From: Patescibacteria group bacterium
Lineage (GTDB): Bacteria > Patescibacteriota > Patescibacteriia > UBA1558
Assembly: GCA_016784445.1 (NCBI GenBank)
Contig: JADHUR010000001.1
Span: forward strand, 19,464 to 83,463
Direction of reading: 5' to 3'
DNA length: 64,000 bases
Below the pieces are notes generated by a model. It saw nothing but the letters and a program-made list of their open reading frames with translations, had not been told where the DNA came from and did no database searches. The translations under genes and the position numbers were made by a program. Positions 19,503 through 29,821 of the stretch are shown piece by piece (within the stretch, counting starts at the first letter, position 1; each line of letters starts with the position of its first letter).

Positions 19503-20801
19503 CTATCTATTTATCCAATTATCTTCTTGTCTAACTAATAATTCTTGTGCCTTTTGAGGTTCAGCCATAATCTCTTTTGTGATACGTTCCATTCTAGCAC
19601 CTTGAGAACCTTTAATTAATATAACATCCCCTTCTTTGATTCTATTTTGTATAAAATGACCAGCCTCATCATGACTTGTAAAGGTAAATACATGCTCATC
19701 TAACATGCCAGCTTCTTTGGCTCCTCTTGCAAAATCTCTAGCTATTTCACCAACTGTTATAAGTATATCTATATTTTTTTCAGCAATATATTTACCAACA
19801 GAATTATGTTCAAGTTCTGTTTTTTGACCAAGCTCAAGCATATCTCCCAAAACTACAAATCTTCTTGCTCCCTCTGAAAGTGGCAAAGTAAGTAATAAAT
19901 CAATAGCTGCTCTAACTGCTATTGGTGATGAATTATATGTATCATCAATCAATTGCGTATGTTTAATACCCGGTAATAATCTAGTCCTTCCGGCAATGCC
20001 ATCATAATTCTGTACAAGTTCAGAAATTGCCACCAAATTCATATCATACATTACACCAACGGCAACTCCTGCTAAGATTGCATATACATGTTGAAAGCTA
20101 ACAATATTTGGTAAAAATACCGGCACAACTGTTCCTTGATGTCTAAGCTTAAAATTAAGTCCCAATTCATTACCACGACTTAGTAAAATAATATCATCAG
20201 CATGAACAGAAGATTCTTGATGAATGCCATAACTCATTACATTTGCCTTTGTATGAACTTGTTGAGACCAAGCCAATTCATTGTCTTTATTAATAATTGC
20301 TGTACCCTCTTTAGCAAGCTGGCTAATAATTAATCTTTTCTCTGCCGCAATCTTATTCTGTGTTCCGAAGAATTCAATATGTGCATCGCTAATAGCTGTT
20401 AAGATTCCAATCTTACATTTAATAAATGAAAGTAAATACTTAATATCTCCTGGTTTATCTGCGCCCATTTCAAGTATTAATATACTTGGATAAGAATAAT
20501 CTGTTTTAAAAATTAAACCAATACCCTTTTTAAATACTTTTAACCATTTATATATAGATCTATCTCCTGAATATGAGCCAATAATTGTAAGGGGCACTCC
20601 GATCTCATTATTATAGTTCTTAATATTCTTACGAACATTAAAATTTGCAGATAAAACAGCAAAGACAGCTTCTTTGCATGAAGTTTTACCAACACTACCT
20701 GTAATACCAATAATATCTGGATTATATTTCTTAAGTATCCCAGAAGCTATGATTTTAAGTATAAAATGTAATATTCTTTGCATATATCTATTATATCTCA
20801 A
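19503..20801 (-). CDS. murF: UDP-N-acetylmuramoyl-tripeptide--D-alanyl-D-alanine ligase
   Basis: Mur ligase P-loop GITGSVGKTSCKE followed by ...YNNEIGVPLT (MurF-type NNxIGVP). It sits directly downstream of ftsI. Confidence 0.75.
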   Translation of the reverse strand: MRYNRYMQRILHFILKIIASGILKKYNPDIIGITGSVGKTSCKEAVFAVLSANFNVRKNIKNYNNEIGVPLTIIGSYSGDRSIYKWLKVFKKGIGLIFKTDYSYPSILILEMGADKPGDIKYLLSFIKCKIGILTAISDAHIEFFGTQNKIAAEKRLIISQLAKEGTAIINKDNELAWSQQVHTKANVMSYGIHQESSVHADDIILLSRGNELGLNFKLRHQGTVVPVFLPNIVSFQHVYAILAGVAVGVMYDMNLVAISELVQNYDGIAGRTRLLPGIKHTQLIDDTYNSSPIAVRAAIDLLLTLPLSEGARRFVVLGDMLELGQKTELEHNSVGKYIAEKNIDILITVGEIARDFARGAKEAGMLDEHVFTFTSHDEAGHFIQNRIKEGDVILIKGSQGARMERITKEIMAEPQKAQELLVRQEDNWINR

Positions 20802-20805
20802 TTAA

Positions 20806-22551
20806 TTACTTTTCTGTAGGTATTTGTAAATATTGGAGGATAAATTGAGCAAGTTCACCAAATAAAGGAGCTGCAGATGATGCTGCGAATTCTACATTTG
20901 ATGGATGATCAAATTTAGTAAGCATGACAAATCTTGGATTATCTACTGGTGCAAAACCAATAAATGTATGAATTGTTTGAACTTCATCATAACCAACTGT
21001 TCCTCCGCTAGCTACTTGAGCAGTGCCTGTTTTACCACCAATATAATAGCCTGGCACACTGGCTAGTTTTGCATGACCAGATTCAACTACATTTGCAAGC
21101 ATAGCAGATATTGTCATGCTAGTTTTTGGTGATATTACTTGATTTACTACAACTGGTTTATTCTTCTCTTCAATACCAGATGAAAATACTATTCTATCTA
21201 CAATATAGGGTTGCATAAGCTTTCCTCCATTTGCGAGAGCTGCAAAAGCGGTGACAAGCTGAATTGGCGTTGCTGTTAAACCCTGTCCATATGATGCGGT
21301 GGCAAGAAAAACATCACTTTTTTTATCTAATGAAGATATATTTCCAGCTACTTCTTTATTTAAAGATATTCCAGTAAACTTACCAAAACCGAAATTTTCC
21401 ATATAGTCTCTAAATTTATTAATACCAACTTGCTGTGCTATCCATATTGCACCAGTATTAATAGACTTCTCAAGAATCTGTGTAATAGTTTGTTCACCAT
21501 ATACTTTTTCTTGTGCATTTTTAATAGTATACTTACCTATTTCAACAGATCCAGTATCAGTAAACAATGTATTAGGCTCAACCTTATCTTGATCTATTGC
21601 CGCTGCAATTGTTAATGCTTTAAATACTGATCCTGGTTCATAGGCTGTAAATATAGCTGGATTATTATATACCTCCACAGTCTCAACCATATTATATTCA
21701 TTCGGATTAAAGTCTGGATAAGAGCACATGGCCATAATAGCGCCAGTATTTGGCTCCATAATAATAACTGTACCTGTTGCTGCACCATATTTCACGGCAT
21801 GTTTAGCTAGCAAATTACATGTTTGAAATTGAAGAGCTCTATCTATTGTCAGTACTAAATCAAAACCATCTTCAGCTCTTTCATAAATTCTATCTCCGGT
21901 TGGTATAATTCTTCCCAATACATCTCTATGATATTGCATTCTACCGGACTCTCCTGATAATTCCTTATTAAAATATCCTTCTAAACCATATTGACCCTGA
22001 TAGCCATTATCTGTATAACCCACAAAGCCTAATAAATGACTACCAATATTATTCTCAGGATAATATCTCCACACCTCTTCAATGAAATGAATACCTGGCA
22101 GTTCAAATTCTTCAAGTGCTTCTTTCTGCTCGGTTGTTATTTTTTTATATAATGGCTCATAAACATCATCTACTTTAAGTAGTCTATTCAAAATTATATC
22201 TTGATGTTCTTCGTCTTCAATTTTAAGTATATCTATTAATTTATCCAATATATCTTTAGGGTATTTAACTTCATTAGTATTTGCATAAGCTAAATAGTAT
22301 TTTCTATTGGTAGCATATGGATAAATTTTGCTTTCATCTTTATAATCTTGTAAATATATTTCACCACGATTTGGAGATAATTCTGCATCTATCTTATATT
22401 GACTCTCAGCTATATCACTATAATACTCATGTTGAAATATTTGTATTATAAAAAGCTTACCAATAAGAAGTATCACAAATGCCAAAATAACCGTCACTAA
22501 AAAAGCCAGACGATTATCTATAAAATTATCTTTTTTTCTAATTCTCTGCAT
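20806..22551 (-). CDS. ftsI: penicillin-binding protein 2/3 (FtsI-type transpeptidase)
   Basis: N-terminal TM and dimerisation domain; SxxK (GSVFK), SxN and KTGTA motifs. Confidence 0.9.
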   Translation of the reverse strand: MQRIRKKDNFIDNRLAFLVTVILAFVILLIGKLFIIQIFQHEYYSDIAESQYKIDAELSPNRGEIYLQDYKDESKIYPYATNRKYYLAYANTNEVKYPKDILDKLIDILKIEDEEHQDIILNRLLKVDDVYEPLYKKITTEQKEALEEFELPGIHFIEEVWRYYPENNIGSHLLGFVGYTDNGYQGQYGLEGYFNKELSGESGRMQYHRDVLGRIIPTGDRIYERAEDGFDLVLTIDRALQFQTCNLLAKHAVKYGAATGTVIIMEPNTGAIMAMCSYPDFNPNEYNMVETVEVYNNPAIFTAYEPGSVFKALTIAAAIDQDKVEPNTLFTDTGSVEIGKYTIKNAQEKVYGEQTITQILEKSINTGAIWIAQQVGINKFRDYMENFGFGKFTGISLNKEVAGNISSLDKKSDVFLATASYGQGLTATPIQLVTAFAALANGGKLMQPYIVDRIVFSSGIEEKNKPVVVNQVISPKTSMTISAMLANVVESGHAKLASVPGYYIGGKTGTAQVASGGTVGYDEVQTIHTFIGFAPVDNPRFVMLTKFDHPSNVEFAASSAAPLFGELAQFILQYLQIPTEK

Positions 22552-22632
22552 ATACTAAATTGAAAGCCCTCAATTTAAAACAGAGGGCTTATAGTTCTCA
22601 GGCATGGGAGTTATGGCGAATCATATTCGTCA

Positions 22633-22962
22633 TTATTTAACAGCCACTACTGCATCACCACCTATATAGCTATAATGATCCACTTGAACCATATTAAGCT
22701 CTGTTGCCATCTCTTCAATACGAGATATTGCACGTAGATTTGTAATCTGAAGTTGTATTTCCCTATTCTGCTCCTGTAATTCATAGATATTCCTTTGATA
22801 TTCTGAAATAGCTATTCCTAAGGTTGCAGAATTATTAACTACAAATAAATAGACAAATACTGATGCTGTTGCTGTAAAAATTAACAATGAACGTAATTTT
22901 CCAACATTAAAAAAATTTATAAAGTTTCCACTAAAAAGTGAATTTGATTTTGGCCCTCGCAT
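22633..22962 (-). CDS. ftsL: FtsL-like cell-division protein
   Basis: A small bitopic protein (TM plus coiled coil) in the position between rsmH and ftsI. Confidence 0.5.
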   Translation of the reverse strand: MRGPKSNSLFSGNFINFFNVGKLRSLLIFTATASVFVYLFVVNNSATLGIAISEYQRNIYELQEQNREIQLQITNLRAISRIEEMATELNMVQVDHYSYIGGDAVVAVK

Positions 22963-23003
22963 ATTTTTTATTTTTTAATTTTTGCTATTTAATATTTTAA
23001 TTA

Positions 23004-23939
23004 TTATATCTTTTCTATTATTCTCAACTTAGCACTTCTTGAACGTGGATTTACTTTAATTTCATCAGCGCTAGGTTTAATAGGTTTTTTTGTTATCTTC
23101 TTAATACTTGCTTTATGATCACAAACACATTGTGGAAATTCAGGTGGACATATACAGTCTATACTCATTTCCTTAAATACTTGCTTTACTATTCTATCTT
23201 CTAATGAATGAAATGTTATAACCGCTAATTTGGCTCTTGCTGGTAATACTTTAACTGCCAGGGGTAAATACTCCTTTAAATTGTTAAGCTCATCATTTAC
23301 AGCAATTCTTAAAGCCTGAAAGGTTTTAGTAGCTGGATGTATCTTATCTAATGCATGCCTTGGTTTTATCTCTAATATTAAATCTACTAAATCTTTTGTT
23401 ATAACAAACTCTTTTGTTTTTCTTCTTAATACAATTTTATTTGCTATCAGCTTCCAAAACTTCTCTTCCCCATATTCTTTCAATATCTTTCCTATCTCTC
23501 CTTCTGACCAATTATTTAATATATCCGCAGCTGTTACTCCAGCAGTATCTCCAAATTGCATATTAAGCGGTGCATCTATTTGAAAACTGAAACCCTTATC
23601 TTTATCTTTAAGTTGCATTGATGATATTCCTAAGTCTACATATATTCCACCAAGCTTCTTCTTATCTATACTATATTCTTTAACTATATCTTCTATTGAA
23701 GAATAATCTTCATTTATGTATACAACTCTATCCGCATATTCTACTAAATTTTTTTTAGCAATATTTATTGCTTTCTTATCTAAATCTAAGCCATAAACTT
23801 TTCCACCCGGACTACTAAGCTCTAATACTCTCATAGCATGACCACCTGCACCCAATGTACAATCAATATAATCCTTATCTGGCTCAATACTAAGGCCTGC
23901 GATTAATTCAGATAATAATACAGGTATATGTTCTTCCAT
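23004..23939 (-). CDS. rsmH: 16S rRNA (cytosine1402-N4)-methyltransferase
   Basis: HIPVLL...DCTLGAGGHA is the MraW signature. Confidence 0.9.
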   Translation of the reverse strand: MEEHIPVLLSELIAGLSIEPDKDYIDCTLGAGGHAMRVLELSSPGGKVYGLDLDKKAINIAKKNLVEYADRVVYINEDYSSIEDIVKEYSIDKKKLGGIYVDLGISSMQLKDKDKGFSFQIDAPLNMQFGDTAGVTAADILNNWSEGEIGKILKEYGEEKFWKLIANKIVLRRKTKEFVITKDLVDLILEIKPRHALDKIHPATKTFQALRIAVNDELNNLKEYLPLAVKVLPARAKLAVITFHSLEDRIVKQVFKEMSIDCICPPEFPQCVCDHKASIKKITKKPIKPSADEIKVNPRSRSAKLRIIEKI

Positions 23940-23944
23940 AGATA

Positions 23945-24376
23945 TTAGACTCCTAATTCACCCAATGCTTCTGCAATATCTGAACTATTTGTTTCTGTTT
24001 GCTTACTGTATTTTGTCCATTCATTTTCATCCCATATTTCTAATCTGTCATATAGTCCTGTAATAATTACTTTCTTTTTCAACTTAGCATATGTAGTTAG
24101 ATAATCTGGTAAGTTAACTCTTCCCTGCTTATCTAATGACACATCCATAGCACCAGCTAGCATTAAACGAGCAAATGCTCTTGTCTTAGCTTGGCCAATT
24201 GGTAGGGCTGCTAATTTATCTGCGAGCTTTTTCCAATCATTCTTAGGGTAAATAAAAAGACAGTTATCAAGACCTCTTGTGATAACTGCTCCAGATTTGA
24301 AAACTTGGCGAAACTTAATAGGAAGTGCCATTCTACCTTTTGTATCTATACTGTGATTATATTCACCAATCAACAT
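23945..24376 (-). CDS. mraZ: transcriptional regulator MraZ (start taken at the internal ATG, MLIGEY)
   Basis: MraZ normally begins MxxGxY; the tracked ORF carries a 20-aa extension that is probably not translated. The duplicated MraZ fold is recognisable (DTKGRMALP ... DKQGRVNLP). Confidence 0.8.
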   Translation of the reverse strand: MLIGEYNHSIDTKGRMALPIKFRQVFKSGAVITRGLDNCLFIYPKNDWKKLADKLAALPIGQAKTRAFARLMLAGAMDVSLDKQGRVNLPDYLTTYAKLKKKVIITGLYDRLEIWDENEWTKYSKQTETNSSDIAEALGELGV

Positions 24377-24558
24377 ACTTGTTTCTTTTTTGATAGTTAT
24401 TAACAGATAAATGGGGTTATCCCCACCTTCTCCCACTTTTCACCCTTACATATCCATTATACACCACATTGTATAACTGTTCAACCACTTCAATATTACG
24501 ACATAAAAACAAAAAATAGCCAATAAATTGACTATTTCTATATTTATACACAGTTCCC

Positions 24559-24948
24559 CTATTTACCCTTAGTAATATTAGGTTCTTTATAATACTCCGG
24601 AATAATAAAAGATGGTGCTGACTTTCCTTTAATCTTTAACTTAAGTGCTCTAGCAAGTTCTAGGTCTGAAGCATCTTTACTCTTTATCTTATAAACTGCT
24701 ATTCCTAAACTCCAAGCCAATGTATTTGCAATACTAGTAACTGCTCTTAATAGTGAAAATGAAGCAGGACTATATAGCACTGCTATTGCTTGTAATTGAG
24801 TAAGTTTAACTTTCTCCTCTTCAAGAAATTCAACAATGCTGTTTAACAAAATATTCTTATCTACTTTAACGGTCTTTGTAATAACCTCAGCTGGTTTAAC
24901 TAGTTTTAAATCTATACTATCTTTTTCTATCTTAAATATTAATATCAT
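24559..24948 (-). CDS. TsaB/YeaZ-like protein, N-terminal domain only (possible t6A-pathway remnant)
   Basis: LQAIAVLYSPASFSLLRAVTSIANTLAWSLGIAV resembles the TsaB core IAVGRGPGSFTGVRIG...A.gLA, but the protein is truncated to 129 aa. Confidence 0.35.
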   Translation of the reverse strand: MILIFKIEKDSIDLKLVKPAEVITKTVKVDKNILLNSIVEFLEEEKVKLTQLQAIAVLYSPASFSLLRAVTSIANTLAWSLGIAVYKIKSKDASDLELARALKLKIKGKSAPSFIIPEYYKEPNITKGK

Positions 24949-25505
24949 TTGTTTAATTTATTTATAAGGACAATAGACTTTCTCTCAAGTAAGTCATAAA
25001 GAAATCTATCCGTCATACTATTTCTATAATTATATTCCTTGGTTGTAAAATGTGTATATCTAAGTGGCTGATTTGTAATCTTCTCAATCTCTCTAATAAA
25101 GCTAGCAAGATTTGTTTTATTAATTCTACCCACGATTACAATATCTGTTTTAGCTTCATCATCATCTACAAAAAAACCAACCAATGATAGATAACGAATA
25201 CCGTCATACTTTTTGGTTGATTCTAAAATCTTATTCTCCCAAAGTAGTCTTGCTTTAATAAACAAGCTAGTCATCTCGGGTAATAGAATAAAGTCCATAT
25301 TTAAAGAATAGTACTTTCTTCTGTCCTCTTCCTCAGATATAACTAATTGGAATTTCTCTAAATTAGAAAGTTCTCTCCTTACAGAATTCAATCTTTCACC
25401 AATGATTCTTGTTATTTCTCTCACAAAAAACCTCTTATTCTGGTTAAAAAGGAATAAATTGAGTAGTTTTTCACGTGTTCTTGAACTAAATAGTTGTTCT
25501 AGCAT
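24945..25505 (-). CDS. hypothetical protein with N-terminal winged-helix-like segment
   Basis: FFVREITRIIGERLNSVRRELSNLEKFQLV is HTH-like. Confidence 0.3.
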   Translation of the reverse strand: MLEQLFSSRTREKLLNLFLFNQNKRFFVREITRIIGERLNSVRRELSNLEKFQLVISEEEDRRKYYSLNMDFILLPEMTSLFIKARLLWENKILESTKKYDGIRYLSLVGFFVDDDEAKTDIVIVGRINKTNLASFIREIEKITNQPLRYTHFTTKEYNYRNSMTDRFLYDLLERKSIVLINKLNK

Positions 25506-25575
25506 TTATATTAAATTAGGTTTTACTAAACGTTAGCAAATATAGTATAATAAGTTTGAATAATTTTGCAACTCT

Positions 25576-27744
25576 ATGACCAAAAATATACAACTTTCTA
25601 GCATTTTTATACAAGATCCCACTCATGCCAACGCATTAGGTGATGTATATATAGTAGATGACCAGACTTCTGTTGAGGATAGGGGTCATTTTTTTATCCT
25701 TGCAAATATGCAAAATCCGAAGCCAGATTATGAGAGATTCTTGGGTGCTTTTATAAATAGAGCTAAAAGTACATATTATGATTCTCACCTTGAGGATTCA
25801 ACAAAACTTTTAGAACATACACTTAATGATTTAAATAAATGGCTGCCTGAAAACCTTCCCGAACAAAAGAAAGTATTAGCTCAATTGAATATCATTGTTG
25901 GTAATCTAAAAGATAATATTTTAAATATTGCGTCCATTGGAGATTGGAGAGGTTATTTAATGAATAAGACAAAAGCAATTGATGTCTTAGGTAAAACTCC
26001 TCCACCACTTAATCCTATAAAGCTATTTGAGAACATTGTAACTGGTAATTTAGATAAAGGCTTAAGTTTTATTATTACTAATCCATCCTTATTAGATTAT
26101 TTAGCACTGGACAAAGTAAGAAAGATATTAGCAACAATACCGGCAAGATCAGCTGCTGAGCAAATTAAAAATATGGTTGGAGAAGTACCAACTCATGTTA
26201 CCTTTGCAAGTTTAATAATAAAGAATAGTGAGGTAGATTCAGAACAAGCTATTCCAGCCTTTATTGCACACAAAGAAAGAAGAAATGATATTGAAAGCAT
26301 ACCTTCTAATGCCAAAACGCCAAGACAAGCTGCTATACATTCAAGAGAATCTATAGATCGATTAATTAATACTCAAAGTGAGACTCAAAGAGTACTTACT
26401 GTCCCCTCTTCTTGGGAGACAATTAAAGCTGGATTTGCTAATTTAACAGCTTCAATACATGATGCTGGCATAATGGGAAAAGTTATTAAATATATAACAT
26501 TATTATTTTCATATATTTGGCTCGGTCTTAAATTTATATTTCAAATTTTAATATATTTATTGAAACAATTATATTCTGTATTACTTGCACTCATTAGTCC
26601 TGGCAAACAACTATCACGAATAAAGATGCCAGCAAAAATCAAAGAAATTAAATTAGATAAGAAAGCAAAGATAATCACAGCTACTATATTAGCTTTAATT
26701 ATCATTCTATTATTAGTAATAATGCCTGGTAATAATTCAAATTCATTAACAACAGAACAATTAGATGCAATAGATCTTGAATTAAAAACTAGAGAAGAAA
26801 CAATTGAAGCTTCTCTAATATATGGAGATAGAATTAAGGCGCAAGGACTATTAACTGAAATACATGAACTTCTAGCACCACTTCCTACAGAAAATAAGAA
26901 ATTTCAAGCAGAATTAGATACATTAAATCAAAGGGCAGATATTTTAACAGAACGCATTTGGAATATTATGGAAATTGATAATCCAGTAGCTTTATTTAAT
27001 ATTGAAGAAATAGATAATAAGGCAAATTTAATAGCTCTTGCTAATAAAGAAGATCAAGCATATATATTTACAGACACAGATAAATACTATATCTTCGATC
27101 TTACTGATAAAGGTTATCAAGCTATTGAGTATCCGAGTAACTTTGCTGGAGTACACAATACTGCAATCTCACCTGCTCAAGATATTCTAGTAGTAGATAA
27201 TAATAAGCAATTCTTTATAGCTACAACAGAAGGTTTGCAGCCTGTTTTAATTTCACTTGCTGCTGGCTTACAAGACATTACAGCTATGACAAGCTTCTAT
27301 AATAGACTATACATTTTAGATAGTACAACAGATCAAATATATAGACATAGACTATCTGGTAATACTTATCTGTCACCAGATACATGGCTTAAGGAAAATA
27401 CAGATTTAGCATCTACTAAAGACATTTCAATTGATGGTTATGTATATATATTAAATGGAATAGAGATAAATAAATATATAAATGGTAGACAAGAATCATT
27501 CCCACAAATTAGCATATATCCAGAAATATCTAATCCAACTAAACTATATACAAATTTGAATGCTACAGATATATATTTGCTAGAACCAGACAATAAGCGC
27601 GTACTAGTACTTAATAAAGATGGTAAACTAGTAAAACAATTTCATTCTGAATCATTTACAAATATTTCTAATTTCTCTGTTCAAGAAGAAGCAAAACGAA
27701 TGCTTATCATGACAGATAAACAACTATATATAATTCCACTATAA
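25576..27744 (+). CDS. large membrane protein: cytoplasmic N-domain, 2 TM helices, extracytoplasmic coiled coil plus beta-rich C-domain
   Basis: Hydrophobic helices lie around aa 300-380; no catalytic motifs recognised. Confidence 0.45.
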   Translation: MTKNIQLSSIFIQDPTHANALGDVYIVDDQTSVEDRGHFFILANMQNPKPDYERFLGAFINRAKSTYYDSHLEDSTKLLEHTLNDLNKWLPENLPEQKKVLAQLNIIVGNLKDNILNIASIGDWRGYLMNKTKAIDVLGKTPPPLNPIKLFENIVTGNLDKGLSFIITNPSLLDYLALDKVRKILATIPARSAAEQIKNMVGEVPTHVTFASLIIKNSEVDSEQAIPAFIAHKERRNDIESIPSNAKTPRQAAIHSRESIDRLINTQSETQRVLTVPSSWETIKAGFANLTASIHDAGIMGKVIKYITLLFSYIWLGLKFIFQILIYLLKQLYSVLLALISPGKQLSRIKMPAKIKEIKLDKKAKIITATILALIIILLLVIMPGNNSNSLTTEQLDAIDLELKTREETIEASLIYGDRIKAQGLLTEIHELLAPLPTENKKFQAELDTLNQRADILTERIWNIMEIDNPVALFNIEEIDNKANLIALANKEDQAYIFTDTDKYYIFDLTDKGYQAIEYPSNFAGVHNTAISPAQDILVVDNNKQFFIATTEGLQPVLISLAAGLQDITAMTSFYNRLYILDSTTDQIYRHRLSGNTYLSPDTWLKENTDLASTKDISIDGYVYILNGIEINKYINGRQESFPQISIYPEISNPTKLYTNLNATDIYLLEPDNKRVLVLNKDGKLVKQFHSESFTNISNFSVQEEAKRMLIMTDKQLYIIPL

Positions 27745-27801
27745 TTTGACATTATTATATATTTTGCTAATGTATTCATAGAAATTACAATAGGAGGAGA
27801 T

Positions 27802-27909
27802 ATGCAGTGTTTTGAACAACCTTGCGCAAAGCATGTGAAGAAAACTAATGACCAATGCCCCGGATGTGTTAATGGCAAACTTGTAAACTACTACTGGGAC
27901 AGCAACTGA
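27802..27909 (+). CDS. Cys-rich mini-ORF (35 aa) ending at an in-frame TGA; a further 29 codons, also Cys-rich, follow in the same frame to a TAG at 27994-27996
   Basis: AGGAGG SD 4 nt upstream. Translation is MQCFEQPCAKHVKKTNDQCPGCVNGKLVNYYWDSN* GRGNYRSCDQGCGYDEKVEDGKKSTCAT*. The segment is GC-rich. Confidence 0.3.
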   Translation: MQCFEQPCAKHVKKTNDQCPGCVNGKLVNYYWDSN

Positions 27910-28013
27910 GGTCGCGGAAATTATCGCAGTTGCGATCAAGGTTGTGGCTATGATGAGAAAGTTGAAGATGGAAAAAAATCGACTTGCGCTACATAGCTTT
28001 TAAATGTTTAAAC

Positions 28014-28046
28014 AAAAATACCTCGATAAATCGAGGTATTTTTTTT
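28014..28046. terminator. bidirectional intrinsic terminator (perfect 10-bp stem aatacctcga/tcgaggtatt flanked by A/T runs)
   Basis: It lies directly after the rplL stop on the minus strand and after the small plus-strand ORF. Confidence 0.6.
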
Positions 28047-28060
28047 ATCTTTGAAATATA

Positions 28061-28525
28061 TTATTTCAATGTAACAGTACCACCAGCTTCTTCTATTTGC
28101 TTCTTCATTTCTTCAGCTTCTTCTTTCTTAACACCTTCTTTCAAAATTGTTGGTGCACCGTCTACCATATCTTTAGCTTCTTTAAGACCAAGTTGTGTAA
28201 TTGCACGTACTGCTTTAATTACATTAATCTTTGTTTCACCTGCTGCAGTCAATTCAACATTGAATTCACTCTTTTCTTCTGCAGCTTCACCACCAGCTGC
28301 AGCACCAGGTGCCATAGCCATCATAGGTGCAGCGCTTGATACGCCGAACTTATCTTCCAAGATTGTAACTAGTTCAGATAAATCTAGAACTGACATTTTT
28401 TCAACCTCTTCTACTAAGCTCTTGAACTTTGCAGGAACTACAATGTCCTTTTTTTCTTCTTTTGCATCTTCTGCTTTAGTTTCTTCAACTGGAGCATCAG
28501 CTACTTTTTTTTCTTCGTCTGTCAT
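28061..28525 (-). CDS. rplL: 50S ribosomal protein L7/L12
   Basis: [20 protein letters not shown] ... [27 protein letters not shown] ... AGGTVTLK. The tracked ORF has an N-terminal extension of about 30 aa that may not be real. Confidence 0.9.
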   Translation of the reverse strand: MTDEEKKVADAPVEETKAEDAKEEKKDIVVPAKFKSLVEEVEKMSVLDLSELVTILEDKFGVSSAAPMMAMAPGAAAGGEAAEEKSEFNVELTAAGETKINVIKAVRAITQLGLKEAKDMVDGAPTILKEGVKKEEAEEMKKQIEEAGGTVTLK

Positions 28526-28566
28526 AATATTATTATTACTTATTTATTAATATATTAATATACAAA

Positions 28567-29100
28567 TTACTTTGTATCTTTAATCGCATTCAAAACATTT
28601 ACAAGTCCTCTTAGATTTCCTGCAAGTACATTTACGAATCCATTTACAGGAGCCTTAATAGAACCTACTACCTTAGCTAATAATTCTTCACGTGAAGGTA
28701 AATTAGCTAAATTTAATACTTCTTCTTGAGATAAGTATTTCCAATCTTCACCAATCTTAAGTAGTCCTGCTCTCATCTCAAAGTTTTTACTGGTTTTAGC
28801 AAAATCATTTGCAATTTTAGCAGCTGAAACTTCATCTTCTGTAGAAAATGCTGCACCAATACTACCCTCTAAATCTGTAATATCTTCATGCTCAATCTTT
28901 GCATCATCTAATGCAATATTTATAAGATTCTTACCACTAGCCTTATATTCTACACCTTGTTCACGGAATTTCCCTCTTAACTCTTCAAGGCCAAATACAT
29001 CTAGTCCAGCATATGATGTAAAAATAATACTTTTAGCTCTAGTTATTTTATCTACTAGATCTTTAATAGCTATTTTCTTTTGTTCTCTTGTTTTTGGCAT
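28567..29100 (-). CDS. rplJ: 50S ribosomal protein L10
   Basis: MPKTREQKKIAIKDLVDKI...IIFTSYAGLDVFGLEELRGKFRE is the typical L10 N-terminus. Confidence 0.9.
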   Translation of the reverse strand: MPKTREQKKIAIKDLVDKITRAKSIIFTSYAGLDVFGLEELRGKFREQGVEYKASGKNLINIALDDAKIEHEDITDLEGSIGAAFSTEDEVSAAKIANDFAKTSKNFEMRAGLLKIGEDWKYLSQEEVLNLANLPSREELLAKVVGSIKAPVNGFVNVLAGNLRGLVNVLNAIKDTK

Positions 29101-29465
29101 ATTATTTAAAAATTTAAATTAATAAAGTGAAATTAATTCTTTAGCAAAGCTAACAACTGGTTGAATCAAATACTCCCATATTCCTATAACCAATAATGTA
29201 TAACTTATTAATATTGAGCTAAACAAAATCTTTTCTTGTTGATCCATATGTGTTAATAAAAAAATCTACGGATAAGCCGTAGAAAAGTATAGCAAAACTG
29301 CTATTTATTTACCTAAATGAGATATTTAAGGCCTTTAGCGACCACTCACTTTCTACGGTAAAAATAGTATATATTATATATATCAACATGTCAATGCTTT
29401 GACCTGTTTAAATATAAGTGCTATCTTCAAAATAGCAGTTGGTTATTGCTAGAAAGGAGGTTTAA

Positions 29466-29675
29466 ATGCATATAATAGCAAATCCTCCACACTGCCAGAT
29501 GTGCCAAGATACCGGTACATTTAGAGGTAAATCACGTTGTCCAAAATGCTGTGGTTATAGAATAATAAATAACATTATCTGTAATCATTGCCGCGGAGTT
29601 GGATATATAAAGATCCAACCAGCATCCTGTCCCTTCTGCAAAATAAAAGAGGAAAAACATGAACAAACAGCCTAA
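29466..29675 (+). CDS. small DnaJ-type zinc-finger protein (CxxCxGxG repeats)
   Basis: GGAGG SD; HCQMCQDTG ... CPKCCG ... CNHCRGVG ... CPFCK. Confidence 0.5.
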   Translation: MHIIANPPHCQMCQDTGTFRGKSRCPKCCGYRIINNIICNHCRGVGYIKIQPASCPFCKIKEEKHEQTA

Positions 29676-29821
29676 CCCTCAAACTTAAGAACCCTTTTGA
29701 ATATAATATTTAAAAGGGTTTTTAAATTATCCACTAGAAAAATAATAAATATAATGCTAATATATTATTAACGGATAAAAGTTACCGTTATCGTACATTA
29801 ACCGTAGAAATGGAGGTTTCA

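Noticed and set aside
27984-28550. 188-aa plus-strand ORF
   Set aside because: It is antisense to rplL and to the bidirectional terminator, so it is a shadow ORF. It has a low-complexity Ser/Ala composition.
29122-29247. 40-aa hydrophobic minus-strand mini-ORF in the rplJ leader, a possible SecE-like protein
   Set aside because: No SecE signature and no SD. It is more likely part of the untranslated L10 leader.
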